Positions 9,514-18,885 are shown, counted from the stretch's first letter. The stretch: 64,000 nucleotides of DNA from Clostridia bacterium (GCA_050950825.1 JBMNIH010000009.1:192001-256000); one strand, 5' to 3'. Numbers and translations are program-made. The notes: a model not told the origin generated them from the sequence alone.

Positions 9514-10349
9514 TAAAAGAATTTCTGTTTAAAACCGGTGCCGTAATGGTAAGCAACCACACGGAGCCTTTTTGGTATGCATCCGGAACCTTCGGACCCT
9601 TTTTTATTAATACACATTACTTGTTCGGTTCGGAAACCGAAGCGAAAGCTTTTTTAAATATTATCGACCGTTATGTTTCCGATAAAGATACCGCTCCTTC
9701 GCTCTTTTGTAAAATAGTTAAACAGCAATACGAAAAAAGCCGAATATACAAGAAGGTCATCGACACGTTGATCCGATCCATATCGGATCGTCCTGAAATT
9801 GAGAAAATCGATTATATTTCCGGCGGTGAAAGAAGAGATTGGTTCTTTTCCTATATAACGGCCATTCTTTTGGACAAGCCCCACATAACCCTGTTCAAGG
9901 ATTTGAGCAGCAACGTTATTTACAAAGATACCGTCACGGAAACTCCGGATTTGTCCGGCAAGAGAATTATTCATATCTGCGATTTGGTAACACTGGCTTC
10001 AAGCTATATCAAGTCTTGGATTCCGGCATTGGAAAAATACAACGGAAAACTTCAAGAAACCTTTACGATCGTGGACCGATGCCAAGGAGGAAAAGACATT
10101 CTTGCACAACAGGGAATACGATTGCATTCTTTGGCGGACATCGATGAAAATCTTTTTATCGAAGCAAAAAACCAATTCATCATCAACGCGGAACAGCTGG
10201 ATATGGTTTTGTCTTTTATAAAGGATCCCGATCAATTCATGCAGGATTTTATTCGCCGAAACCCCGAGTTTTTGTCCCGATCCGTTGAAAAAGGGGGAAA
10301 GGATAAGGAACGGGCGGAAGCGTTTATGAAACAATTTTACAAAAGATAG
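9510..10349 (+). CDS. Orotate phosphoribosyltransferase-like type I PRTase
   Basis: PFWYASG.FGP, degenerate PRPP loop IHICDLVTLASS, IVDR.QGG; overlaps the recG stop (ATGA). Confidence 0.7.
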   Translation: MIKEFLFKTGAVMVSNHTEPFWYASGTFGPFFINTHYLFGSETEAKAFLNIIDRYVSDKDTAPSLFCKIVKQQYEKSRIYKKVIDTLIRSISDRPEIEKIDYISGGERRDWFFSYITAILLDKPHITLFKDLSSNVIYKDTVTETPDLSGKRIIHICDLVTLASSYIKSWIPALEKYNGKLQETFTIVDRCQGGKDILAQQGIRLHSLADIDENLFIEAKNQFIINAEQLDMVLSFIKDPDQFMQDFIRRNPEFLSRSVEKGGKDKERAEAFMKQFYKR

Positions 10350-10396
10350 TGATTTGTCGGCTTTGGGCTGCAGATCACGGAAAGAGAGTTTTGATC

Positions 10397-11062
10397 ATGC
10401 ACCAAGGACACAGAGAACGAGTCAGAGAACGTTTTTTAAAAGAAGGGTTGGATTCTTTTCAACCCCATGAAGTTTTGGAATTTTTATTGTTTTATTGCAT
10501 TCCCCGTAGGGATACCAATGAAATTGCTCATCGATTGATAAATGAATTCGGTTGCCTATCCAACGTATTGGAAGCTCCCGTAGAAAAACTGGCGGAAGTA
10601 AAGGGAATATCAAAAAATACGGCGGTTCTTTTATCGATGCTGCCGCATCTTTCACGTTATTATCTAAAAGATCGATGGGGACAAAGACCGGTTTTAAACA
10701 GCTCCCGAAAAGCCGGACAGTATGCGGCGGCGCTTTTAACCGGCAAAAGCTACGAGGAGTTTCTCGTGATATGTTTGGATTCCCAAAACAAGGTCATTCA
10801 AGTGGAAAATATACATAAAGGTACGGTTAATGAGGCGGTGGTTTATCCTCGTCTGGTTTTGGAAACGGCATTGAAGTACAAGGCCAACAGCGTCATATTC
10901 GCTCATAATCATCCCGGCGGCAGCTTAAAACCGTCCTCCGCCGATATCGAATTGACGGCAAAACTGAAGCATTTGCTCAACGGGATCTCCATTCGTGTAA
11001 ACGACCACATTATTGCAGCCGGTACCGAATTTTTCAGCTTTGCGGAAAACGGAATGATTTAA
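10397..11062 (+). CDS. radC: RadC (JAB/MPN domain) family protein
   Basis: HQGHRERVR.RF, IPRRDTN, HhH motif, AHNHPGG...PS.AD, DHII. Confidence 0.95.
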   Translation: MHQGHRERVRERFLKEGLDSFQPHEVLEFLLFYCIPRRDTNEIAHRLINEFGCLSNVLEAPVEKLAEVKGISKNTAVLLSMLPHLSRYYLKDRWGQRPVLNSSRKAGQYAAALLTGKSYEEFLVICLDSQNKVIQVENIHKGTVNEAVVYPRLVLETALKYKANSVIFAHNHPGGSLKPSSADIELTAKLKHLLNGISIRVNDHIIAAGTEFFSFAENGMI

Positions 11063-11123
11063 CCTGAATGTAACCTGAAAGGAACGTGGCTTCTGTTGAG
11101 TTCTTTTTTTTCTATGCTATAAT
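11060..11123 (+). promoter_or_regulatory. Extended -10 promoter with upstream 11-bp-period direct repeat
   Basis: TAACCTGAA at 11060-11068 and 11071-11079; TTGAGT at 11096-11101; TGcTATAAT at 11115-11123. Confidence 0.55.
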
Positions 11124-11286
11124 CAAAGCATAGTCCAAACGGACGAATGGCCTAGTTGCTACTTTAAGGAGCATTCCTGTAGTGAAATAAAATGAACTTT
11201 GAAAAAGAAGATGCCGTACTGTAGAATTTGAAATGTGAGTTGCACAACATGTAACCACAAATCAAAATCAACAGGAGGCATCTACA

Positions 11287-12570
11287 ATGAAGTATACCCA
11301 AAATGAAAGAATAATGCAAATAACAGAAAAAACATTGATTGTTGGAATTGATGTTGGAAGCGAAACACATTACGCCCGAGCATTCAATTTCAGAGGATTG
11401 GAATACGGAAAGCTATTGAAATTCAATAATGACGCGGAAGGGTTTTCAAGGTTTGAAGATTGGGTCAGGAAACTAGTCAATAACAATGGATTCAAGGATG
11501 TGACGATAGGTATGGAGCCCACCGGGCACTATTGGTTCAACCTTGGAGAATATATCGAAAGACAAAGCGGTATGAGGATCGCGTTGGTTAATCCTCACCA
11601 TGTAAAGAAAAGCAAGGAATTGGATGACAATAACCCGAGTAAAACCGACCGAAAAGATCCGAAAACCATCGCCATGCTGATTAAAGACGGCAGATATATA
11701 GAACCCTATCTACCGGAAGGGGTATACAAGGAATTGCGAACGGCTATGGACAGCCGTTGGCGAATTATGAAGGAGCTTTCCGCAATCAAGAATAGGATTA
11801 GCCGATGGCTTTGCATATACTTTCCCGAATTGACGAAGGTGTTTAAGGATTGGGAAGGGAAAGCGGCGATCCTCGTATTGAAAGAGTACGCGACACCGAC
11901 GAAGATAAAAGAGAAGGGTATTGACGGAATCATAGCCGTTTGGAAGGAACACAAGATACGAGCAGTCGGAAGAAACAGGGCAAAGATGCTGTTGGAGGCA
12001 GCCGTCTCGTCCGTAGGAACGACGGAAGGGCTAATTTCCGCCGAGTATGAGTTGGAAATGCTGCTTGAAGATTATGAAAGCAAAAAACGCCAATATGATA
12101 AAACAATGGAGTTAGTCGAAAGATTGACGAAAGAAATACCGGGGTTTGAGAAATTGCTTGAAATCAAGGGAATAGGACTTGTTACGGCGGCAGGATTCAT
12201 AGCGGAAATAGGTGACATAAAGCGTTTTTCGCATCCGAAACAGATACAAAAGTTGGCAGGACTAAGTCTGAAAGAGAACAGCTCCGGGAAACATAAAGGC
12301 AAGACCACCATATGCAAGCGAGGGAGAAAACGACTGCGATATTATCTGACATTTGGGATGATGCCGTTGTTATCCAAGAATGAGGAATTTAGAGCTCTGC
12401 ACGAGTATTACACAAGCCGGAAGGAAAATCCGCTGAAGAAGATGCAATCTTTGGTTGCATTGAGTAACAAACTGATTCGGATTTTTTATGCGATACTGAC
12501 GAAAAACGTAGCGTACGATCCGCAAAAGATGATGAGCGATATAAGAAGACCTGAAACCAAAGCTGCATAA
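11287..12570 (+). CDS. IS110 family DEDD recombinase/transposase
   Basis: GIDVG, GMEPTGHYW, KTDRKD (RuvC-like DEDD), IKGIG..TAA..IAEIGD, ENSSGK (catalytic Ser); AGGAGG RBS; ORF intact. Confidence 0.97.
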   Translation: MKYTQNERIMQITEKTLIVGIDVGSETHYARAFNFRGLEYGKLLKFNNDAEGFSRFEDWVRKLVNNNGFKDVTIGMEPTGHYWFNLGEYIERQSGMRIALVNPHHVKKSKELDDNNPSKTDRKDPKTIAMLIKDGRYIEPYLPEGVYKELRTAMDSRWRIMKELSAIKNRISRWLCIYFPELTKVFKDWEGKAAILVLKEYATPTKIKEKGIDGIIAVWKEHKIRAVGRNRAKMLLEAAVSSVGTTEGLISAEYELEMLLEDYESKKRQYDKTMELVERLTKEIPGFEKLLEIKGIGLVTAAGFIAEIGDIKRFSHPKQIQKLAGLSLKENSSGKHKGKTTICKRGRKRLRYYLTFGMMPLLSKNEEFRALHEYYTSRKENPLKKMQSLVALSNKLIRIFYAILTKNVAYDPQKMMSDIRRPETKAA

Positions 12571-12757
12571 CTTACACCGCTTATGGAAGGATACATTGCT
12601 CTCGTAAGACGGTCAAGGGCAAGACTGCGTTCGGCTTGCGCCGACCCTTGACAGTCTTCCTCGAGCAATGACGGAAGTAACTAAGCGGTGCAAGGGGACA
12701 GAGTAAAACTCAAGTTTTCACTATTCATTCATTATAGATTGAACATTGACAAGAAGA

Positions 12758-12917
12758 GCCGGATAGTCGGGATGAATTTTCACCATAAGGGCAATGACCC
12801 CGTGAAGGAGCTTGACTGACATCCACCTCCATGGGCAGGCAGAACGAAGGAATTAAGGGCTATGACCCCGTTAGACATGGGAGGGTTGCCACCGGAGAAT
12901 GTGTGGATACTAATGGC
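12758..12917 (+). ncRNA. Candidate structured IS110-associated RNA (bridge/seek-RNA-like)
   Basis: Manual pairing: closing GCC..TAGT/ACTA..GGC; AGTCGGG/CTTGACT; TTCAC/GTGAA; CCTCCATG/CATGGGAGG; ATCCAC/GTGGAT; two GGG-C(A/T)ATGA-CCC hairpins. Confidence 0.55.
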
Positions 12918-13130
12918 CGTAAAACAGCAAAACGACGCAGGTTTAATTAGTATGCACTATGGAATCCATAATTATGCAACAATGTATTGTCTGTCCATGT
13001 GGCTCATCTTGAAAAATGAGAAAATCTAAGAATGAGTGAGATATTCAAAGAAAATCAAAGTATTATTAGGGAGGTGAAGAGGGTTCTTTTACGCATGTTT
13101 CATTTGCGTTTCGTTTGAGCCCTCGGATTT

Positions 13131-14432
13131 ATGAAAATTGGAATAGCTGAAGGGAATATTAGAACGCCAATCGGGATGCAAATGACCGGATATGCCGGGA
13201 GAGTATTCGGAGCCATGGATATCCATGATCAATTAAAGATGAGCGCCTTGTACATCGAATCGGAAGGTGTCGAATCCATGATTATCGTTTGTCAAGTGTT
13301 AGGCTTCGACCCTGATTTTTCTCGTGTTACCGAAGCAAAGATCTGTCAAGCCATAAATATACCGGAGACCAATCTGATCTTAGGTGCCATACATACCCAC
13401 GGCGGTCCGGCATCGGGAACCTTGTACGGATGCGGTTGTGCGGATCCGGTATGGTTGGAGCAAACGCAGCAGGACTTGATTGATCTTGCGAAAAAAGCGG
13501 TGGCAAACTCCTTTGACGGCTACTTTGAATATGCGTCCGGCACATGTGAAATTGCATTGAATCGCGTTGCCATGAGCAAATATCCGAATTACATGGATAT
13601 GATCGACAAGGAAACGGCCGTTGTGAAGTTTTATGAAACCGCTACCGGACAATTGAAAGCCGTTTTCTTAAACTACGGATGCCATCCGGTTGTTTTAAAC
13701 CACAAAAACCATTTATACACCGCCGATTATGTATATTACGCCATTAAAAAACTGCAGGAAGCATACGGAGAAGACGTAGCCGTTATATTTTCCACCGGAT
13801 GCTGCGGAGATTTAAATCCCCGTTATCGCTTTACCTTTGAAATGGCAGAGAAAACGGGTAACCTGTTAGCCGATTCGGTTGTCTCCGCAAAAAAGATATT
13901 TACAAACCGCCAAGCCCAAATCAAATGCCATGCCAAGCAATTGGTCATACCCTTGGTGATTGACTACACTTACGATGATTTGGCGGAATTTAAGAAAAAA
14001 GCGCTTGCCGAGGTCGAAAGACTTACCGAGCAAAACTACAACGAAAACTTCATTATGATTCAAGTGGAAGCCGTTAAAGCATTATGGGCGGAATTATGTA
14101 TGAAAGGTTTTGAATCCGGAGATTTGAAAACAACGATTTATCCCATGATCAAGGTTCTGCAGATCGGAGATTTGAGCTTTATAGCGCTGCCTTTTGAAGT
14201 CTTTCATGAATTGGGGTTGAAAATAAAGGGGTTGTTTAATCGAGCCGGCCGTTCCATTGTCATGGGATATTCCAACGGTGTATACGGTTATTTGCCATAC
14301 GGTGAGCTCTATGAAAAAGCAAGCTACGAAGCGAAAACCGCATTCCGTTATTACGGTTATCCCGGTCCCGTATGCAAAGAAGCCGGAGATATTATTTACA
14401 AGTATTTAGAGGAAATAGTGGATACCAACTAA
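13131..14432 (+). CDS. Neutral/alkaline ceramidase N-terminal-domain-like hydrolase
   Basis: GYAGR...G...IHD.L, AIHTHGGP, NYGCHP, ADY, G.CGDLNP, PFEVF, GYSNG.YGY. Confidence 0.75.
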   Translation: MKIGIAEGNIRTPIGMQMTGYAGRVFGAMDIHDQLKMSALYIESEGVESMIIVCQVLGFDPDFSRVTEAKICQAINIPETNLILGAIHTHGGPASGTLYGCGCADPVWLEQTQQDLIDLAKKAVANSFDGYFEYASGTCEIALNRVAMSKYPNYMDMIDKETAVVKFYETATGQLKAVFLNYGCHPVVLNHKNHLYTADYVYYAIKKLQEAYGEDVAVIFSTGCCGDLNPRYRFTFEMAEKTGNLLADSVVSAKKIFTNRQAQIKCHAKQLVIPLVIDYTYDDLAEFKKKALAEVERLTEQNYNENFIMIQVEAVKALWAELCMKGFESGDLKTTIYPMIKVLQIGDLSFIALPFEVFHELGLKIKGLFNRAGRSIVMGYSNGVYGYLPYGELYEKASYEAKTAFRYYGYPGPVCKEAGDIIYKYLEEIVDTN

Positions 14433-14515
14433 AAAAATGTAACTAAAATCGACAAAATACAACCGAAACATCAAAAGCGGGTCTTTTCAATATTCTGCCG
14501 TGATACAATGGCGTC

Positions 14516-16807
14516 ATGAAAAGACCCGCTTTGTTTCTATTGATCGGATACATATCCGGCATACTGATATACGTCAATAGGAAATCCTTTGCCGTTTATT
14601 TAATACTCTTTTTGTTTTGGCTTATCGTTATTTTCGATACGAAGCCTGAAAAAAGAATCCGCGTTTTAATCTTCATGGTTATTCCGTTGGTGATAGGCTT
14701 CATATACTCCGCTTATACCTTCCGGAGGCTTTATCCCGACAATTTAAATCAATATGACGGCAGGTATACGGAAGGATACGCCGTCGTAAAAAATATCAAA
14801 GAAAAAAGCGAAACGAATTTGATTATTGCAAAGGTTAAAAGCATGGAAGAAGCAACCATGAATGTGACCGTCACCATGGAGGTTCCGAAAGATGAGGATG
14901 TTTTACCGGGCGATCTTATTCGGTTTTACGGAACGCTTTCCATCCCTACAGGACAAAGAAATCCGGGTAACTTCAATTCCCTTCACTATATGGCAAGCAA
15001 AAAGCACGGTGCAAAAATCAACGGCGGGGGATTGATTGTCATGCAAAAAAGCTTTAAAAAAAGACCGATTATAAAAGGGGCGATTGCCGTCCGAAGAATG
15101 ATTCTTACACGTATAGAAAAAATATATCCCGAAAAACATGCCGCTTTATTGTCCGGTATGACCATCGGATATACGGAGAATATGGATGATAACACCAAAG
15201 AAGCATTTTCTTTGTCCGGGATATCCCATATTATTGCAGTGTCGGGAGCACATGTAGCCTTTATTGCGATTCCTTTTCTTTTCGTTTTTAAAAGATTGGG
15301 CTTGAATATTTTTGTTTCGAACCTTTTATTTCTTCCGATTTTGTTTTTCTATGCTTTTGTCACCGGGTTGGAAGCATCCGTCGTAAGAGCGGTTGTGATG
15401 GCCGGAATCGGCTTTTTAGGAACACCTCTTTTGCGAAAACCCGATATTTTAAACACCTTGTGCGTAAGCTGCATTCTTTTACTTTTGTACGACCCCTTTA
15501 TGCTATTAGGCGTAGGCTTTATGCTTTCTTACGGCGCTACTTTAGGAATCGTTTTGATTTTACCGAAACTACGTGTTTTAAAACTATTTGTCAAGCTGCA
15601 GGGCGGCACTACCGATATTTTTCTAAGCTCCTTTGCCGCCACCGCAGCCATTCTTCCTATCACCGTCAAATATTTCTACATGTTCACCCCTTATTCTTTA
15701 ATCGCCAACATGCTTATCATTCCTTTTACCGCCATTATAACCGTATGCGGGTTGCTGTCCGTGTTTCTTCCTTTGTTTTTAGGAAATATCATCGCTTATC
15801 CCGTTACGGCTATGTTGGAATTTATTATGAGAATAACCCGAGGGATATCGGAGCTCCCCGGGGCTAAGCTGCTTATGAACATTCCTTCGGATTACCAAAT
15901 AGCCGTTTACTATATGATCCTTTACTATCTTTTGACGAAAAAGGAGCGCAAGCAAAAAATCAAACCTAAAAGAATAATTCTTGTTGCCGTTGTCATTCTG
16001 TCCGTTGTTCATGTTTCTCTTTTTTACTTCGATCGAACGCAGGTAACCTTTATCGACGTCGGACAAGGAGACGCAATTTATATTAAAACGGCAAGCAACA
16101 AAGTGTTCTTGGTTGACGGGGGAGGCAGTGCAACTTATGATGTAGGTCAAAACATTGTGATTCCTTTTTTACTTTCCCGGCATGCGAAAAAAATCGACGG
16201 GTTGTTTTCAACTCATAATGACATTGACCATATCGGCGGATTGGTTGAAGTTGCACGTCATCTCACGGTGAAAAACGCCTATTTGCCTTACTATTACCGG
16301 CAATCCGAAAGCGAAAGCGTTCAATCCGTTATACAAAACAGTTTGAATGTTACCTATTTATATGCCGGTCAAATCGTCCGGATCGATAAAGACACATCCA
16401 TAAAGGTTCTATGGCCGCCGGTTACGGTGAATCCTTCCGATTCAAGCAACCATTTGTCGTTGGTTCTTTTGTTTCAATACAAGAAGTTTAAGGTTTTGTT
16501 AACCGGAGATTTGGATGAAGAAGGAATAAGAAGGATGTTGTCCGATTATTCGAAGCCCTATTGTACGGCTTTAAAAATACCTCACCACGGCGGTAATAAT
16601 TTGGAAATGGAAACTCTTATCAAACATTCCGCTCCGGATTTGGCCGTCATTTCGGTAGGAAAAAACAATCGATACGGTCATCCCGCTCCAAGCGTTCTTG
16701 ATGTATTGGATCGGTACGGTATACCGGTTTTGAGAACGGACCAAAGCGGCGCTATTACCATTGTCACAAACGGAGCTTCTTATTCAATTAGAAAATATTT
16801 GAATTGA
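14516..16807 (+). CDS. comEC: DNA internalisation competence protein ComEC/Rec2
   Basis: RNPG.FN, SGISHIIAVSGAHV, ASVVRA, FIDVGQGD, metallo-beta-lactamase THNDIDHIGG, KIPHHG, ISVGKNNRYGHP. Confidence 0.96.
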   Translation: MKRPALFLLIGYISGILIYVNRKSFAVYLILFLFWLIVIFDTKPEKRIRVLIFMVIPLVIGFIYSAYTFRRLYPDNLNQYDGRYTEGYAVVKNIKEKSETNLIIAKVKSMEEATMNVTVTMEVPKDEDVLPGDLIRFYGTLSIPTGQRNPGNFNSLHYMASKKHGAKINGGGLIVMQKSFKKRPIIKGAIAVRRMILTRIEKIYPEKHAALLSGMTIGYTENMDDNTKEAFSLSGISHIIAVSGAHVAFIAIPFLFVFKRLGLNIFVSNLLFLPILFFYAFVTGLEASVVRAVVMAGIGFLGTPLLRKPDILNTLCVSCILLLLYDPFMLLGVGFMLSYGATLGIVLILPKLRVLKLFVKLQGGTTDIFLSSFAATAAILPITVKYFYMFTPYSLIANMLIIPFTAIITVCGLLSVFLPLFLGNIIAYPVTAMLEFIMRITRGISELPGAKLLMNIPSDYQIAVYYMILYYLLTKKERKQKIKPKRIILVAVVILSVVHVSLFYFDRTQVTFIDVGQGDAIYIKTASNKVFLVDGGGSATYDVGQNIVIPFLLSRHAKKIDGLFSTHNDIDHIGGLVEVARHLTVKNAYLPYYYRQSESESVQSVIQNSLNVTYLYAGQIVRIDKDTSIKVLWPPVTVNPSDSSNHLSLVLLFQYKKFKVLLTGDLDEEGIRRMLSDYSKPYCTALKIPHHGGNNLEMETLIKHSAPDLAVISVGKNNRYGHPAPSVLDVLDRYGIPVLRTDQSGAITIVTNGASYSIRKYLN

Positions 16808-16874
16808 CCAAATAACTTTAATTATAAGCCCATATGATATACTTTTAGTAAAGAGAATATATTAAAAGAAAGTA

Positions 16875-18378
16875 TTGTTAGACGGGCCGATTTTGCACAA
16901 ATGTTATTGCCCTGCATGCAGCAAAGAATTCAAGGCCGTATACGGAAAACCGATAACCGAAACTTCCTATGGCGAGCATTTAAGTTCCAATGTTGACGGG
17001 ATAACGGATTTTATGAAAGAAATTTACGGTATTGTAAAGTCCGTAAACCCCGAACTCATGCTGTACATTAACAACTCGGCACTTCGGGCGGATGTTACCG
17101 GCAGCAATACGCGAAAAGTGGAGCCCTATGTGGATACAGTGATTTTTATTGCGGGTGACTACAAACCCCGGTCCTTCTATATGCATACCTACCATGAAAC
17201 GAAGCTGTATTATGCCCAATCGTTGGCTAACGGAGCAAATGTATGGTATGGAATACAAGGTCCCTTTGACCAAATGAATACCGAGGGCGGAAAAGCGGCA
17301 ATCGAAATGAATGCATTCATCAACAAGCACAAGGATATCTTTGCAGGCTCTAAAGAACAATCATGAGTTGCGCTCATGTGGCCGCAGGACAGTGCGAATT
17401 ATTACTCGTCCGGTGTCATCAAAACCGATTTTACCGAAGCCGGTCAAATAGGAACGAAAAAAGCGGTATGCAGCAACCATTACAAAGCGTTTATGGGCTA
17501 CTACGAGGTTTTACAGCGCAGCCATATCCGGCACAGCATTATCGATGAGGACAGTATATTAAACGATGATCTTTCAAAATATGATTTGCTGATTTTGCCT
17601 GTCTGTGCTTGCATGAGAGATGAGGTAGCGAATAAAATTCGCGACTTTGTTGCAAAGGGCGGTAATTTGATATCCGAATTCGATACGGGATATTACAACG
17701 AATACGGAACAAAATCCGACGCTTTAAAGCTTGCGGTCATTCAAGGCATTGAAAAAGTCAACGGGTTTGTCGAGTACACGAACGGTATCGGAACAGGTTA
17801 TCAACGGGTAACCGATGAATGTGCCGTAACCGAAGGATTAAGCCGGAAGTATACGCCGGCACCGGTTCTTGCCGGATGTTATGCCGAACAAAAATGCTGC
17901 GGTTCATGCCGAATACTGCATCCCGATGGCAAGTCGCTATACGGAGATTCCGAAAGATTCTTATCCTTCGGTAATAAGTAACAAATACGGTAAAGGCGGA
18001 AGTATATACTTTTCGGTGCTCTCGGAGAGTTTTATAACGGAATGACAAATCCCGATCATAAGCAAATGATTAAAAATGCGGTATGTGATTTGGCGGATCC
18101 TTTGGTTTCGACTAATGCACCGGGGAGCGTTGAGGTTGTGCTTCGAAAACAAAACGACAGATTCCTTTTGCATATTATCAATATGACGGGAGAACCGGAG
18201 CGTCCGATTAAAAAGCTTACCCCCGTAAGAATATTCAATTTTCGCTAACACTTGATACGGATGTCACATCCGTGAAAACGGTTTCCGGTCAACATGTTGC
18301 TGACGTATCCAAAACCGAAAACGGTATAGAATTCATGTTACTGAGGTTTCGAATTATGAAATCATGCTCATTGACTGA
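16875..18378 (+). pseudogene. Fragmented glycoside hydrolase (GH42/GHL-like with beta-galactosidase trimerisation-like domain)
   Basis: Consecutive ORFs 16875-17366, 17376-17981, 18042-18248 and 18272+ read as one protein across frameshifts (DGP...CYCPAC; LSKYDLLILP; IRDFVAKGGNLI; FLLHIIN). The N-terminus is missing. Confidence 0.7.
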
Positions 18379-18489
18379 CATGACGGTTTTCTTCTTAATT
18401 TATGGATATCGACATTTGTGCAGGCATGAATTTTGCGACGTTTCGCCCGGAAGCAAGCCCGGATACTGCTAAAAAATTCTGCAAAAGTG

Positions 18490-18518
18490 TTGCAATTTTA
18501 AAAAAGGCATGTTATACT
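18490..18518 (+). promoter_or_regulatory. SigA promoter of rpsT
   Basis: TTGCAA-17 nt-TATACT with an upstream TG. Confidence 0.7.
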
Positions 18519-18581
18519 GAACTGCGTGTCTACGATAGACTTAATTTTACATAGAATCCTTGTCAGTAGGAGGTGAATCAA

Positions 18582-18845
18582 TTGGCAAATATTAAATCAT
18601 CTATTAAGAGCATTAAGAAAACCGAAGTTCAAACGTTAAGAAACCGGTCTATAAAATCAGCTATGAAAACCGCATGCAAGAAGGCGATTCAGGCCATTAA
18701 TGATAAAACCGCTAACGCGGAAGAGTTATATAAGACGGCAATCATCGCTCTTGATAAAGCTGCGACCAAGAACGTTATTCATAAGAATGCTGCTGCTAGG
18801 AAAAAATCACAATTAACGAAAGCTTTCAATTCAATGAATGCATGA
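18582..18845 (+). CDS. rpsT: 30S ribosomal protein S20
   Basis: ANIKSSIK...NRSIKSAMKT..KK...IHKNAAARKKS; AGGAGGTG RBS before TTG 18582. Confidence 0.97.
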   Translation: MANIKSSIKSIKKTEVQTLRNRSIKSAMKTACKKAIQAINDKTANAEELYKTAIIALDKAATKNVIHKNAAARKKSQLTKAFNSMNA

Positions 18846-18874
18846 TAAAAGACCGGGCAACCCCGGTTTTTATT
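18845..18874. terminator. Bidirectional terminator between rpsT and holA
   Basis: ATAAAAGACCGGG-caac-CCCGGTTTTTAT. Confidence 0.8.
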
Positions 18875-18885
18875 ATTTTATACGG

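Larger units (their letters stand above)
11132..13073 (+). mobile_element. IS110-family insertion sequence (boundaries inferred, putative AG core)
   Basis: DEDD transposase with ~155-bp left and ~500-bp right non-coding ends and no terminal inverted repeats. Junctions caaagcat|AG|tccaaac and tattaggg|AG|gtgaaga share an AG dinucleotide. Exact ends are inference. Confidence 0.75.

Noticed and set aside
12879-12907. GGGAG and TGGA as donor guides matching the circle junction GGGAG|TCCA
   Set aside because: The matches are only 4-5 nt and both lie in predicted stems (CCTCCATG/CATGGGAGG, ATCCAC/GTGGAT), so they are not good evidence.
11121-13060. AATCAAAG on both sides of the IS110 element as a target-site duplication
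   Set aside because: IS110 elements do not normally make TSDs, and an 8-mer match in AT-rich DNA can be chance. It cannot be fully excluded without an empty site.
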